Below are positions 25,196-34,889 of a stretch of 64,000 bases of DNA, piece after piece. This DNA is from Candidatus Saccharimonadales bacterium (GTDB lineage: Bacteria; Patescibacteriota; Saccharimonadia; Saccharimonadales; UBA10212): assembly GCA_036279215.1 (NCBI GenBank), contig DASUJO010000032.1:313-64312 (forward strand), read 5' to 3'. A program made the position numbers and the translations under genes. The notes under the pieces were generated by a model, which did no database searches, was not told the DNA's origin, and was given only the letters and a program-made list of their open reading frames with translations. Every line of letters begins with the position of its first letter. The stretch's first letter is position 1.

Positions 25196-25644
25196 TATTC
25201 GCCGCCTTTCTTATCAACCGGCTTTTGGCCGCCAGCCTGGCCATGGTGGGGGTGTTCGCTGCCAGTGTATATCTTTAGCCGGTCCAGCCGGCCCTTGCGT
25301 AATTTGTTAACGGGAAGCATGCCCCTGACTGCGCGTCGGATAATTTCGGCTGAATTTTGCGCCGATAAATCTTTCAGCGGCGTTTCTTTAAGCCCTCCGG
25401 GATAACCGCTGTGACGCCGGTAAAGCTTATCCTGTTCTTTATTGCCGGTTACTTGCAGTTTGTCGCTATTTATAATAACCACGTAATCGCCGCCGTCAAT
25501 GTGAGGCGATTGAACCGGTTTGTGCTTGCCGATAAGCAAAGCCGCCGCTTTTGCAGCCGTGCGGCCTAAAGAAGCCTCTGACGCGTCGATTACATGCCAT
25601 TGGCGGTTAATTGAACTTGGTTTTAAACTATAAGTCCTCATCAT
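25195..25644 (-). CDS. rplM: 50S ribosomal protein uL13
   Basis: RTYSLKPSSINRQWHVIDA. ATGA overlap with the rplQ stop. Confidence 0.95.
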   Translation of the reverse strand: MMRTYSLKPSSINRQWHVIDASEASLGRTAAKAAALLIGKHKPVQSPHIDGGDYVVIINSDKLQVTGNKEQDKLYRRHSGYPGGLKETPLKDLSAQNSAEIIRRAVRGMLPVNKLRKGRLDRLKIYTGSEHPHHGQAGGQKPVDKKGGE

Positions 25645-26189
25645 CGGTTACCTCTTACCCCGGAGCGTTTTGGAGCCTGGACAGCAGATTTCGGCTGGGA
25701 CTTGGCGCTTTGAACCTTAGCTTTTGGAGCGGCGGCGGTCTTCGGTTCGTCGGCGGTTTTCTTATCCTCTGTGGTCGCGCTTTTTGTCGGCTTTTCGGTC
25801 TTAGTATTGTTTGGATGTTTCAGTTCATCTACGAAACTAACCTTTGCAAGCTGGGCGTTATCACCTTGCCTGTAGCCCAGGCGCTCAACCCGGAAATATC
25901 CGCTGTTTCGGCCGGATAAAACCGGCGCGATTTCGTCCACCAGTTTATGGGCGGCTTCTAGGGTGTTTAAACCAGCTATAACCTGGCGGCGGCGGTGCAG
26001 ACTGTCTTGGCTTTTTTTGGCTTTTCCAACCAGCTTTTCGGTGTAGCGCGCCACAGCTTTGGCTTTAGGCAACGTTGTCTCAATGCTTTCGTCCAAAATC
26101 AAAGAGTCTGCCAGCGACTTAATCAGCGCGCGGCGCTGGTCGCGAGGTCTTCCCAATTTGTGGCTCTTAGATTTTGTCTTGGCGCTCAT
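25641..26189 (-). CDS. rplQ: 50S ribosomal protein bL17 with K/A/P-rich C-terminal tail
   Basis: HKLGRPRDQRRALIKSLADSLI. Follows rpoA. Confidence 0.93.
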   Translation of the reverse strand: MSAKTKSKSHKLGRPRDQRRALIKSLADSLILDESIETTLPKAKAVARYTEKLVGKAKKSQDSLHRRRQVIAGLNTLEAAHKLVDEIAPVLSGRNSGYFRVERLGYRQGDNAQLAKVSFVDELKHPNNTKTEKPTKSATTEDKKTADEPKTAAAPKAKVQSAKSQPKSAVQAPKRSGVRGNR

Positions 26190-26191
26190 TG

Positions 26192-27139
26192 TTACAATTC
26201 CAGTTCGGCCATTTTCTCTTTAACTTCATCAAGCGCTTTATTGCCGAATCCCTTCAGGTCCCGCAATTCAGTATCGCTCAGGGACAGTAGGTCTTTTATG
26301 GTATGGATGTCGTTATTCACCAAGGCGTTGGTGGTTCTGGCGCTAAGGTTCAGATCTTCAATCGAAGTCATTAGTTCAGCCGGCTCGTCAGTGTCTTCTC
26401 CGGTTGTTGTACCTTCCGGGCTGTCGGTCAAAGCGCCGGCAGATTCTATCTGGGTCTGGCCGGCGAGCGCTGAGTACTGGCTGACCAAAATTGCTGCAGC
26501 TTCTTCAAACGCATCCCGAGGGGTAATTGAACCGTCAGTCGTGACCGTTAACAGCAGTTTGTCCAGATCAGTTATTTGCCCTACGCGAGTATTTTCGACT
26601 TTGTATCTTACTCGTAAGACTGGCGTAAACAGGGCATCAAGGACTATCATGTCGCTGATTTTGTTGTTGCCTCCGCGTTCATCGAGCGGGCGGTAGCCAC
26701 GGCCGGTCTCAACCATAATTTCCATATTCATGGCGGCCTTAGCGTCGTCTATTGTGCAGATTAACTGGTCGGGGTTGACGACTTCGACGTCAGAATTCAG
26801 AACCAAATCCTTGGCGCGTACTTCGCCCTTGCCTTTTTTAGTAAGGCTCAAAGTCTGCGGATCGTCTGAATAAACCTTGAAGCGGATTTGCTTAAGGTTT
26901 AGCATTATCGCGACAACATCTTCCTTGATGCCTGGGATGGCGGTGAATTCATGGCTGATACCATCCACCCGGAAACCTGTCACTGAAGCGCCGCCGATAC
27001 TGGAAAGTAATACCCGCCTGAGGCTATTACCCAATGTCATGCCGTAACCGCTTGGCAGCGGCTCGACCGTGAAGGTAGCCGTACGGTCGTCGTGGTCTTT
27101 GACTGATGATAATGTTGGGGTGTGAATTGCTTTGTTCAT
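26192..27139 (-). CDS. rpoA: DNA-directed RNA polymerase subunit alpha
   Basis: N-terminal domain (FTVEPLPSGYGMTLGNSLRRVLLSSI) and C-terminal domain (LSARTTNALVNNDIHTIKDLL). Confidence 0.96.
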   Translation of the reverse strand: MNKAIHTPTLSSVKDHDDRTATFTVEPLPSGYGMTLGNSLRRVLLSSIGGASVTGFRVDGISHEFTAIPGIKEDVVAIMLNLKQIRFKVYSDDPQTLSLTKKGKGEVRAKDLVLNSDVEVVNPDQLICTIDDAKAAMNMEIMVETGRGYRPLDERGGNNKISDMIVLDALFTPVLRVRYKVENTRVGQITDLDKLLLTVTTDGSITPRDAFEEAAAILVSQYSALAGQTQIESAGALTDSPEGTTTGEDTDEPAELMTSIEDLNLSARTTNALVNNDIHTIKDLLSLSDTELRDLKGFGNKALDEVKEKMAELEL

Positions 27140-27158
27140 GTCTTAACTCCTCGCCTCC

Positions 27159-27776
27159 TTAGCGTGAATAATATTCGACTATTAATTGCTCTTTGATATC
27201 CGCCTCCGCATCTTCGCGTGCTGGCGTGCCGGTTACAGTAATTTCCAATTTGCCGCGGTTGGCTTTCAGCCATCCTGGAACGTCCGCCGGCGCCGGGCTG
27301 ATATCGTCCAGATGCTTGAAATAAGCCGAATCTCGGCTGCCATCGCGCACCGACAAACTGTCACCAATCTTCAAGCGCATCGACGGCACATCAACTCGCC
27401 GGCCGTTAAGCATAAAGTGCGCATGGGTTACCAGCTGGCGTGCCGCCCGGCGCGACGGGGCTAATCCGGCTCGATAAACGGCATTATCCAGGCGCCTCTC
27501 TAAAAATTCCAGCAGCCGCTCGCCTGTTTGGCCTTCGGCCCTGGTCGCCTCTGCCATAAGCTTTGCGAAAGGTTTTTCCAGCAGGCCGTATAATCTTTTG
27601 ACTTTCTGCTTCTCGCGCAGCTGAAGAGCGTATTGGCTGGCTTTTGTCCGGCGCATACTTCGCCCGTGCTGGCCTGGAATGGTTGAGCGTTTAACCAAAG
27701 CTTTATGGGCTTTCGGGTGCAGCGCGTAGCCTTCTCGGCGTGAACGCTTGACAATCGGTTTCAAATCTCTGGCCAT
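27159..27776 (-). CDS. rpsD: 30S ribosomal protein uS4
   Basis: S4 domain RLDNAVYRAGLAPSRRAARQLVTHAHFMLNGRRVDVPS. Confidence 0.95.
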   Translation of the reverse strand: MARDLKPIVKRSRREGYALHPKAHKALVKRSTIPGQHGRSMRRTKASQYALQLREKQKVKRLYGLLEKPFAKLMAEATRAEGQTGERLLEFLERRLDNAVYRAGLAPSRRAARQLVTHAHFMLNGRRVDVPSMRLKIGDSLSVRDGSRDSAYFKHLDDISPAPADVPGWLKANRGKLEITVTGTPAREDAEADIKEQLIVEYYSR

Positions 27777-27785
27777 TGCTGCTCC

Positions 27786-28250
27786 TTAATTCCTCTTAGG
27801 CTTTCTAGGGCGAACACCGCCGTGAGGGGTAGAAGTAATATCTTTGATGCTGTCTATACCGACGTTCTGGCCTACGAGCGTGCGCACAGCGGCTTCGCGG
27901 CCCATTCCGACTCCTTTGACGATAACATCGACTTTAGTGATGCCGTAGGACTGCTTGGCATTAGTTATGGCCTTTTCGGCGGCTATCTGAGCGGCGTAGG
28001 CAGTGCCCTTTTTAGACCCACGGAAGCCGCTGCTTCCGGCGCTGGCGGTACTCAGAACATTCCCTTTGCTGTCGGTCACATTGACAATTGTATTATTGAA
28101 TGTAGCTAGAACGTGAACCTGGCCATGCGGCACAGTTCGGCGGGCTCTTTTCTTGCGTGATTTAGTTTTTGGCTCACCTTCTGCCTCACCGTATGCTGTT
28201 TCCGCCGCGGTGCCTAATATCTTCTCTTCTTCTACTTTATTGTCAGCCAT
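27786..28250 (-). CDS. rpsK: 30S ribosomal protein uS11 (N-terminal ~35-aa extension)
   Basis: HVLATFNNTIVNVTDSKGNVLSTASAGSSGFRGSKKGT. Confidence 0.95.
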   Translation of the reverse strand: MADNKVEEEKILGTAAETAYGEAEGEPKTKSRKKRARRTVPHGQVHVLATFNNTIVNVTDSKGNVLSTASAGSSGFRGSKKGTAYAAQIAAEKAITNAKQSYGITKVDVIVKGVGMGREAAVRTLVGQNVGIDSIKDITSTPHGGVRPRKPKRN

Positions 28251-28260
28251 AAGTTATATC

Positions 28261-28647
28261 CTAAGTCTTAGTCGGCGCTTTCTTTGCCGTACCGCCCACT
28301 GTTACCCGCTTGCCTCGCTTTGTACGGGCGTTAGTACGGGTCCTTTGCCCGCGGGCAGGTAGGCTGGCGGAATGCCTTAGACCCCTGTAGGAATTTATAT
28401 CTCGCAGCCGTTTGACGTTATCGGTAACGCTTCTTTGCAAATCGCCTTCGACCGAATAGTCGGCGTTTATGACGTCTTGTATCTTAGATACTTCGCTATC
28501 GGTCAGATCTTTTACGCGGACAACCGGCTCCACCGACGCCTTGGATAAGATATCGTAACTGGTTTTAGGCCCTATACCGTAAATATATGTTAGCGAAACC
28601 CATACCTGCTTATTGTCCGGAATGTTGACTCCAGCAATTCTTGCCAT
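28261..28647 (-). CDS. rpsM: 30S ribosomal protein uS13
   Basis: MARIAGVNIPDNKQVWVSLTYIYGIG. Confidence 0.96.
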   Translation of the reverse strand: MARIAGVNIPDNKQVWVSLTYIYGIGPKTSYDILSKASVEPVVRVKDLTDSEVSKIQDVINADYSVEGDLQRSVTDNVKRLRDINSYRGLRHSASLPARGQRTRTNARTKRGKRVTVGGTAKKAPTKT

Positions 28648-28650
28648 AGT

Positions 28651-28767
28651 TTAACCTTGCCTCTGCTTGTGTTTTGGCTTCAGCTTATTAATGACATAAA
28701 GCCGGCCTTTGCGGCGGACAATCTTGTCATCCGGACTGATTTTTTTGACCGATGCGCGCACTTTCAT
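28651..28767 (-). CDS. rpmJ: 50S ribosomal protein bL36 (38 aa, cysteine-free form); below the ORF-track size cutoff
   Basis: My translation of the reverse complement is [38 protein letters not shown]. Positioned between infA and rpsM, as expected. Confidence 0.9.
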   Translation of the reverse strand: MKVRASVKKISPDDKIVRRKGRLYVINKLKPKHKQRQG

Positions 28768-28808
28768 TAAGATTTATGCTCCCTTCACCTTGATAAATCT
28801 ATGATGGT

Positions 28809-29030
28809 TTAACTTTCGCGGTAGGTTATCCGACCCTTCGTCAGATCGTAAGGTGTCAATTCAACCTTTACGCGGTCGCCCGGCACCAAGCGGATGTAAT
28901 TCTTGCGCATCCGGCCGGCGACGTGAGCTATTATTATATGGCCGTTCTCGAGTTCCACCCGGAACTGCGTGCCCGGAAGAGCTTCCGCTATCGTTCCAGT
29001 TAGCTCGATTACCTCTTTATTCTCGGCCAT
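28809..29030 (-). CDS. infA: Translation initiation factor IF-1
   Basis: [49 protein letters not shown]. Confidence 0.96.
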   Translation of the reverse strand: MAENKEVIELTGTIAEALPGTQFRVELENGHIIIAHVAGRMRKNYIRLVPGDRVKVELTPYDLTKGRITYRES

Positions 29031-29045
29031 AAATATAACTTGGGT

Positions 29046-29075
29046 ATATTACCACAGTACTACAGGGGTTGTAAA
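29046..29075 (-). promoter_or_regulatory. Possible internal promoter upstream of infA
   Basis: Minus strand reads TTTACA-N18-TAATAT in the 46-nt secY-infA gap. Confidence 0.4.
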
Positions 29076-29076
29076 G

Positions 29077-30621
29077 TTATTTTTTTGAACGTTTAAGCGG
29101 TTTTGGCAAACCGGGCTTCGGGATAAAGCGCAGCAGTTTTTTCTGGGTTTTTTCCGGCTCATCGGCGATTGATTCGTAAAAGTAGTCCGGTTGTTCATAC
29201 TCATCGTAGGTAATCATAAGGGCGCGTGACTCCACCTGGCGAAGAGTTTCAAGCGATACCGATACCAAAATAAGCACGCTGGTTCCGCCGATGGCGATAT
29301 TGGGGTTTACGTAGACCTGGCCGAGTATTGGCAGAACGGCCAGCAATCCCAAAGCGCTGGCGCCGAACAATGTAAGACGGTTTACAGTCCGGCTGAGGTA
29401 TTTCTGAGTCTGAAGTCCCGAGCGTACTCCGGCAATAAAACCGCCTTGTTTCTGCAGGTTTTCGGCGATTTCTTTCGAGTTGAATGTCACGCCAGTATAG
29501 AAGTAAGTAAATATGAAAACCAGGAAGAAATAAGTTATCGGGTATACCCACGGCTGCCAGCCGCCGGCGGCGAAAGTCGCCGGGCTTGGCGTTTGGAAAA
29601 GCTCGCTTAGCGTAACGCCGAAATGCTCCAGGCTGGTGGTGGCTACGGCGTTTACACCTTGGCCGTGCGTCAGCAGCTGCCCAACGAAATTAGGCACCGA
29701 TAAAAACGCCAAGGCGAAGATAATAGGAATGACTCCGGCGGTAATCAGTTTGACCGGCAGCGTAGTAGTTACACCGCCGTAAGTCCGATTTCCCTGGACG
29801 CGCTTGGCATAGTTGATGGTAAGTTTACGCGATGCCTCGTTCAGTTTTACCACCGCCCAAATCAAGAATACTGAAACCACAGCCACGACACTAAGAATAA
29901 TTACGCCGTGTTTACTGAAGTTCCGCCCCAGTACCGTAATCTTGTCGGCATCTGCCATAGTGGAATTCCATAGGGCGCCGGCGCCAAGTTCGGTAATCAG
30001 GCTAGGCAATCTGGCAACTATACCAACAGTGATTAGAAGCGAAATGCCATTACCAACCGACCTCTCAGTAATTAACTCGCCAAGCCACATCAGGACCATC
30101 GCGCCGCCGGTCAAAGCGGCTATCATCAGCACCCATTGCTGAGCGGAAGTATTAGCCGTAATATCGCCAATACCGCCAAGGCTTTGCGCCTGCTGGCGGA
30201 TTAGATAAACCATCCCTATTGACTGGATTATTGCCAGCGGGAAAGTCAGAATCCTAGTGTACTGGTTTATTTTTTTACGGCCGTATTCGCCCTCGTCCTT
30301 GTTCATCTTTTCCAGCCGCGGAATGGCTTTTGTAAGCAGCTGCATGATTATCGAGGCGTTAATGTAAGGAATGAGGCCGACGAGGACAATAGAAAAGTTT
30401 GATAATGCGCCGCCTGATAGAACGTTTAGGAATCCGAATAGGTTATTTGAAGCCGTCTGGTTATAAAGGTTATCCAGCACCTGTTTCAGCGTCTGTGGAT
30501 CAGACAACGGAACCGGAATGTGCGCTAGGATACGAAATACTAAGAGCATGCCAAGCACCGCCAAGATGCGTTTGCGCATCTCGCTGTGCCCCAAGGATTT
30601 TAATATTATTCCCCAGTTCAC
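29077..30621 (-). CDS. secY: Preprotein translocase subunit SecY (514 aa, enlarged)
   Basis: GTG start. Ten-TM SecY pattern (ALGIMPYI-like LIPYINASIIMQLL, GNGISLLI). Located after rplO. Confidence 0.93.
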   Translation of the reverse strand: MNWGIILKSLGHSEMRKRILAVLGMLLVFRILAHIPVPLSDPQTLKQVLDNLYNQTASNNLFGFLNVLSGGALSNFSIVLVGLIPYINASIIMQLLTKAIPRLEKMNKDEGEYGRKKINQYTRILTFPLAIIQSIGMVYLIRQQAQSLGGIGDITANTSAQQWVLMIAALTGGAMVLMWLGELITERSVGNGISLLITVGIVARLPSLITELGAGALWNSTMADADKITVLGRNFSKHGVIILSVVAVVSVFLIWAVVKLNEASRKLTINYAKRVQGNRTYGGVTTTLPVKLITAGVIPIIFALAFLSVPNFVGQLLTHGQGVNAVATTSLEHFGVTLSELFQTPSPATFAAGGWQPWVYPITYFFLVFIFTYFYTGVTFNSKEIAENLQKQGGFIAGVRSGLQTQKYLSRTVNRLTLFGASALGLLAVLPILGQVYVNPNIAIGGTSVLILVSVSLETLRQVESRALMITYDEYEQPDYFYESIADEPEKTQKKLLRFIPKPGLPKPLKRSKK

Positions 30622-30677
30622 AAGGCCTGTGCCCTACAAGCTAAATTTACCCTCATATAATCTCTAAGTATATCAGT

Positions 30678-31142
30678 TTACTTTTTAGATTTAGCCGGCC
30701 TGGCTGTCCGCTCAATAGCCGTAAAGCTGCCTCCGGCCTTTTTCAATGCGGCTTGCGCCGGCTTGCTTGCCGATTGCAACCGCACTTCCTTTTTAGTTTT
30801 GACATCCCCTTTAATTACCAATTTGGCCCGGCCATAAGGAGTGCTTAGCAGACCGGCCTCAAACAGCGCCTGGTTATCTATAGTGCTTTTGCGCACCATT
30901 TCAAGCTGTCCGGTATAAACAGTCTCTGTCTTTGGGCGGCGCGACTTAAAACCGCGAAGATGCGGCAATCGCATATAAAGCGGCATCTGGCCGCCTTCGA
31001 ATCCCGGCCTGACGCCGCCGCTCTTGCGGGCGCCCTGGCCTTTTGTTCCACGGCCGGCAGTACGGCCCTGGCCGGCGCTTATTCCGCGTCCGGCACGGTT
31101 AGCCTTTTTATATTTTCCCGCTTGCAGTTGATGGTATTTCAT
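30678..31142 (-). CDS. rplO: 50S ribosomal protein uL15
   Basis: GRGISAGQGRTAGRGTKGQGARKSG. Confidence 0.95.
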   Translation of the reverse strand: MKYHQLQAGKYKKANRAGRGISAGQGRTAGRGTKGQGARKSGGVRPGFEGGQMPLYMRLPHLRGFKSRRPKTETVYTGQLEMVRKSTIDNQALFEAGLLSTPYGRAKLVIKGDVKTKKEVRLQSASKPAQAALKKAGGSFTAIERTARPAKSKK

Positions 31143-31654
31143 TATTTAGCGGCCTTAGCTTCGGCTTTTTTAACTGGCATCTTACTAGCGGCAACCCGCC
31201 GGCTGACCCAGTCTTTAGCCGGAACCATACTCTGCAGCGCTTGTAATGTAGCGTAAGCGACGTTGATTCGGTTATTGGAGCCGATTGATTTGGAAAGGGC
31301 ATTTTCGATTCCAGAGACTTCCAGGATAGAACGCACCACGCCGCCGGCTATTAAACCTGTTCCGGGAGCGGCCGGCATAATCAACACCTTAGCGCCGCCC
31401 TTTTTGGATTCTACCTCATGCGTCAGCGAGCCTTTGTATAAGTTTAGTTTAATCAGATTCTTCTTCGCTGTATTTGTTGCTTTGGTTATCGCCGAAGATA
31501 CATCGGCGCCTTTGCTTATTCCCATACCCACGGAACCGCTATGATCGCCGATAACCACCAGAGCTTGGAACCTGAAACGGCGACCGCCTTGCACGACCCT
31601 AGCGACGCGGTTAACGAATATTACTCTTTCATCATATGTCTTTTCAAATTCCAT
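31142..31654 (-). CDS. rpsE: 30S ribosomal protein uS5
   Basis: VNRVARVVQGGRRFRFQALVVIGD. Its stop overlaps the rplO start, leaving no room for rpmD. Confidence 0.95.
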   Translation of the reverse strand: MEFEKTYDERVIFVNRVARVVQGGRRFRFQALVVIGDHSGSVGMGISKGADVSSAITKATNTAKKNLIKLNLYKGSLTHEVESKKGGAKVLIMPAAPGTGLIAGGVVRSILEVSGIENALSKSIGSNNRINVAYATLQALQSMVPAKDWVSRRVAASKMPVKKAEAKAAK

Positions 31655-32014
31655 CTAGAACTCCAGTCCTTCCGATCTTGCTGCATCGGCCAATTGTTTT
31701 ACGCGACCATGATATTTGCGTTCGCCGCGGTCAAATACGACTGATTTAATCTTGGCTTTATGGGCTTTTTTAGCAATTTCTGAACCGGTCCACGCAGCCT
31801 TTTCAGACAAAGGCGCCTGGTCTTTCTGGCCGACGGTGGTGGCATAGGCAATTGTGCGTCCACTGTCATCGTCTATCAGCTGGGCACTGGCGTGCTTATT
31901 ACTGATATGCACGCTGAGCCTTGGTCTTTCGGCTGTTCCTTGAATTTTACGTCGCGCCCGGCGGCGGCGCTGCACCATTTTGTAAGTCTTATGCGCCAAG
32001 CTGTCTTTGCTCAT
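31655..32014 (-). CDS. rplR: 50S ribosomal protein uL18
   Basis: RPRLSVHISNKHASAQLIDD...YHGRVKQLADAARSEGLEF. Confidence 0.95.
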   Translation of the reverse strand: MSKDSLAHKTYKMVQRRRRARRKIQGTAERPRLSVHISNKHASAQLIDDDSGRTIAYATTVGQKDQAPLSEKAAWTGSEIAKKAHKAKIKSVVFDRGERKYHGRVKQLADAARSEGLEF

Positions 32015-32556
32015 GCCGAGGCCTCCTTGCCGCTCTTACCGCTCTTACGAATAATATGCTCATCGCTGTATTTTATGCCTTTGCCCTTGTACGGCTCCGG
32101 CGGTTTAAGCGCCCGTATTTCGGCCGCGACCTGGCCGACCAACTGCTTGTCGATGCCGCTGACCGTTATGATATTCTGCTCAGCCGTCGCCTGTATCCCT
32201 TCGGGTACTTTGTATTTTGTTTCGTGCGAAAAACCTAGGTTAAACTTCATCTCTTGCCCTTGGACTGAAACTCTGTAACCGACGCCGATCAATTCCAGTT
32301 TTTTTTCAAATCCTTTGCTTACACCGGTAACCATATTATTTACCAGCGAGCGCATGAGCCCATGCTTGGCTTTGTACTGCTTTTCGTCGCTTCTTCGCTT
32401 AATCAACACTTCTCCGCCGGAAGTTTCTACATTTATGCCGTTTAGCGCATGCTGCTTGAGGCTCCCTTTAGGACCGCTTACCCGGACCTCTGATTTGTCG
32501 GCTTCGATTGTTACGCCGTCTGGTAGTTTAATTGGCTGTTGCCCGACTCTGCTCAT
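32011..32556 (-). CDS. rplF: 50S ribosomal protein uL6
   Basis: MSRVGQQPIKLPDGV. ATG 32556 lies 1 nt after the rpsH stop, so the longer track ORF extension was rejected. Confidence 0.94.
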   Translation of the reverse strand: MSRVGQQPIKLPDGVTIEADKSEVRVSGPKGSLKQHALNGINVETSGGEVLIKRRSDEKQYKAKHGLMRSLVNNMVTGVSKGFEKKLELIGVGYRVSVQGQEMKFNLGFSHETKYKVPEGIQATAEQNIITVSGIDKQLVGQVAAEIRALKPPEPYKGKGIKYSDEHIIRKSGKSGKEASA

Positions 32557-32557
32557 C

Positions 32558-32953
32558 TTAGTAAACCTCGCATAGCAGTTCTCCGCCCAGTTTTTGCCGG
32601 GCGGCATCGGCGCCGGTCATCAGCCCCTTTGAAGTAGAAACGATAACGATTCCGCGCCCTCGCTTAACTAACGGGATTTCCTTGGATTTTACGTAAGACC
32701 GCCGGCCGGGCCGGCTAAGTCGTTTTATCGATGTTATCTGTCCGGGCTGGTCTGGGTCGCTGATTACCAGCTCAAGTATTTTCCGGCCACCGGCCTCGTC
32801 TGTTTTGGCCGAAATTATATAACCATTTGCTGCCAGTAAGCGCGCCACGTCTTCCTTTATTTTTGAGTGGGGCATGGAGATACTGTTGCGGCCGATTAAG
32901 TTGGCGTTCCGGATGCGGGTTAACATATCACTAATAGGATCGGTGCTTACCAT
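32558..32953 (-). CDS. rpsH: 30S ribosomal protein uS8
   Basis: DPISDMLTRIRNA. Confidence 0.95.
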   Translation of the reverse strand: MVSTDPISDMLTRIRNANLIGRNSISMPHSKIKEDVARLLAANGYIISAKTDEAGGRKILELVISDPDQPGQITSIKRLSRPGRRSYVKSKEIPLVKRGRGIVIVSTSKGLMTGADAARQKLGGELLCEVY

Positions 32954-32958
32954 AATAA

Positions 32959-33228
32959 TTACCAGCTGCTCTTAGTTACTCCGGGAACCTCACCCTTGGA
33001 TGCATGTTCCCTAAACGCGATACGGCTCAAACCAAATTGGCGCATATAGCCGCGTGAGCGCCCGGTTTCAAAGCAACGGTTCTTTAATCTGGTTGGGCTG
33101 GAATTGCGCGGCAACCTGGCCAAACCTTCATAATCGCCGGCAGCTTTTAGCTCAGCCCGCTTCGCTGCGTACTGCTCGTGCATTTTGCGTCTTTTGGCGT
33201 CGCGCGCCAGCATAGATTTCTTTGCCAT
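32959..33228 (-). CDS. rpsN: 30S ribosomal protein uS14 (long, non-zinc form)
   Basis: [15 protein letters not shown]...[26 protein letters not shown]...ends SSW. Confidence 0.94.
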   Translation of the reverse strand: MAKKSMLARDAKRRKMHEQYAAKRAELKAAGDYEGLARLPRNSSPTRLKNRCFETGRSRGYMRQFGLSRIAFREHASKGEVPGVTKSSW

Positions 33229-33812
33229 TACATACTCCCTTTCTCAAACGGTAAGCCGAATTTTTCCAGCAATGCCCGCGAATGAACGGGGCTTTGGCTG
33301 TTTATTACGAAGACTACCTGCAAGCCATGCGGCGTAGAAGTGTCTTCAAAACTCAGCTCCGGAAATACCGACTGGTCACTCAAACCGATACTATAGTTTC
33401 CCTGCTTGTCAAACGCCTTGGCGCCCACACCTCGGAAGTCCCTAAGCCTCGGCAGAACAAGATTGATTAGCCGGTCGGCAAACTCATACATTCTATCACC
33501 CCTTAAAGTGACCTTCAACCCGACCTGGCTGCCTTCACGCAGCTTAAAGCCGGCAATCGATGCTTTAGCGTGAGTCTTAACCGGTTCCTGCCCGGTTATC
33601 TTTCTCAGTGTGTTGGCAGCCGCTTCGAGCACGCGCTTGTCGTCTTTTGCCCTGCCCAGCCCGGCGTTTATAACGATTTTCTGCAACTTTGGAACTTGGT
33701 TTATATTAGCAAGTTCCAAATCCTTTAGTAGTTCGCCGGAGAACTTGCTGCTATACTCATCTTTCAGGCGCGGAACGCCGGCAGCTTTCTTCTTCGATGC
33801 GGCGGTAGGCAT
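33228..33812 (-). CDS. rplE: 50S ribosomal protein uL5
   Basis: [11 protein letters not shown]...[14 protein letters not shown]. Confidence 0.95.
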   Translation of the reverse strand: MPTAASKKKAAGVPRLKDEYSSKFSGELLKDLELANINQVPKLQKIVINAGLGRAKDDKRVLEAAANTLRKITGQEPVKTHAKASIAGFKLREGSQVGLKVTLRGDRMYEFADRLINLVLPRLRDFRGVGAKAFDKQGNYSIGLSDQSVFPELSFEDTSTPHGLQVVFVINSQSPVHSRALLEKFGLPFEKGSM

Positions 33813-34150
33813 TATTTAAGCTCCTTTCCCGAGGTTTTCATAACCCGGGCTTTGTTACCTTTATTGTCGGTTTTATAGCTGATGCGGGATGGTTTCTTTT
33901 TAGTTGAGTCATAAACAGCGATTTTACTTACCCAAATCGGCTTTGTCAGTTCCACTATTCCTCCCTGTGGGTTTACTCTTGTGGGTTTGATATGCCTTTT
34001 AACAATGTTGATACCTTCGACGGTTACTTTGTTCTGCTTCGGATGAAGCGCTAAGATTTTGCCTGTACGGCCTTTATGCTTGCCCGATCGGACAATAACC
34101 GTATCACCTTTTTTCAGCCTGATTTTATAAAGTTTAGGTTCACTCATCAT
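33812..34150 (-). CDS. rplX: 50S ribosomal protein uL24
   Basis: KOW motif [20 protein letters not shown]. Confidence 0.94.
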   Translation of the reverse strand: MMSEPKLYKIRLKKGDTVIVRSGKHKGRTGKILALHPKQNKVTVEGINIVKRHIKPTRVNPQGGIVELTKPIWVSKIAVYDSTKKKPSRISYKTDNKGNKARVMKTSGKELK

Positions 34151-34518
34151 AATACCTCCGGCGCTAGAGAAATTATCCTGGTAAAGCCTTTTTCACGAAG
34201 TTCCCTTGGCACAGGGCCGAAAATACGCGTACCTCGCGGAGTTTTACCATCGTCAGAAAGTACAACCGCAGCGTTGTCATCAAATTTTATCAACGAACCG
34301 TCGGGTCGTTTTATCGGGCTGCGGGACCGGACGACAACCGCTTTAACTACGCTTTTACGCTTTACGGCGCCGGTGGGGCTGGCGGTTTTTACACTTGCCA
34401 CAACAATATCACCGACCCTCGCGTATCGCCGGCGGGTTCCGCCAAGCACGCGGATACACTGCAGCGAACGCGCGCCGCTGTTGTCTGTCGCAATCAGCCG
34501 TGATTCCTGCTGTATCAT
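34147..34518 (-). CDS. rplN: 50S ribosomal protein uL14
   Basis: [17 protein letters not shown]. Confidence 0.96.
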   Translation of the reverse strand: MIQQESRLIATDNSGARSLQCIRVLGGTRRRYARVGDIVVASVKTASPTGAVKRKSVVKAVVVRSRSPIKRPDGSLIKFDDNAAVVLSDDGKTPRGTRIFGPVPRELREKGFTRIISLAPEVL

Positions 34519-34889
34519 TCCGTCTCTCCTGCCGGCTGCTTGGTTTTAGCGGCTGATACCTTCGGTTTAGGAGCCGCTTTTGGCTGCTCTTTCTTCTCCA
34601 ATTCATCCATAGGAACATCTGCCGCCGCATCGGTTTCTTTGAATTCGGCGCCGGCTTTTTCTAGTATCTTGTCCAAAACGAAGCGTTTACGGGTGCTAAC
34701 CGGGCGTGACTCGCTAATAACTACCAGATCGCCTTCGCTAGCTTCATTTTTCTCATCATGAGCCATGAATTTGCGGTGTCTGGTGTACTGCTTCTTGTAA
34801 AGCGGATGGGTTTTCCGCATAACAACACGCACTACAATTGTTTTGTCGGCTTTATCGCTGTATACGCGGCCTCTGATTTGTCGCTTCAT
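34515..34889 (-). CDS. rpsQ: 30S ribosomal protein uS17 (C-terminal ~45-aa extension)
   Basis: [28 protein letters not shown]. Confidence 0.94.
   Translation of the reverse strand: MKRQIRGRVYSDKADKTIVVRVVMRKTHPLYKKQYTRHRKFMAHDEKNEASEGDLVVISESRPVSTRKRFVLDKILEKAGAEFKETDAAADVPMDELEKKEQPKAAPKPKVSAAKTKQPAGETE

Noticed and set aside
25995-26696. 233-aa plus-strand ORF spanning the rplQ/rpoA junction
   Set aside because: Antisense to two well-supported genes, and the product has no coherent domain signature.
32557-32607. Upstream extensions of rplF (to 32607), rpmC (to 35194), rpsS (to 36850), cysS (to 4196) and tig (TTG 57230)
   Set aside because: The extensions overlap the preceding genes and lack homology. 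Internal ATGs sit 1-3 nt after the upstream stops, with SD sequences.
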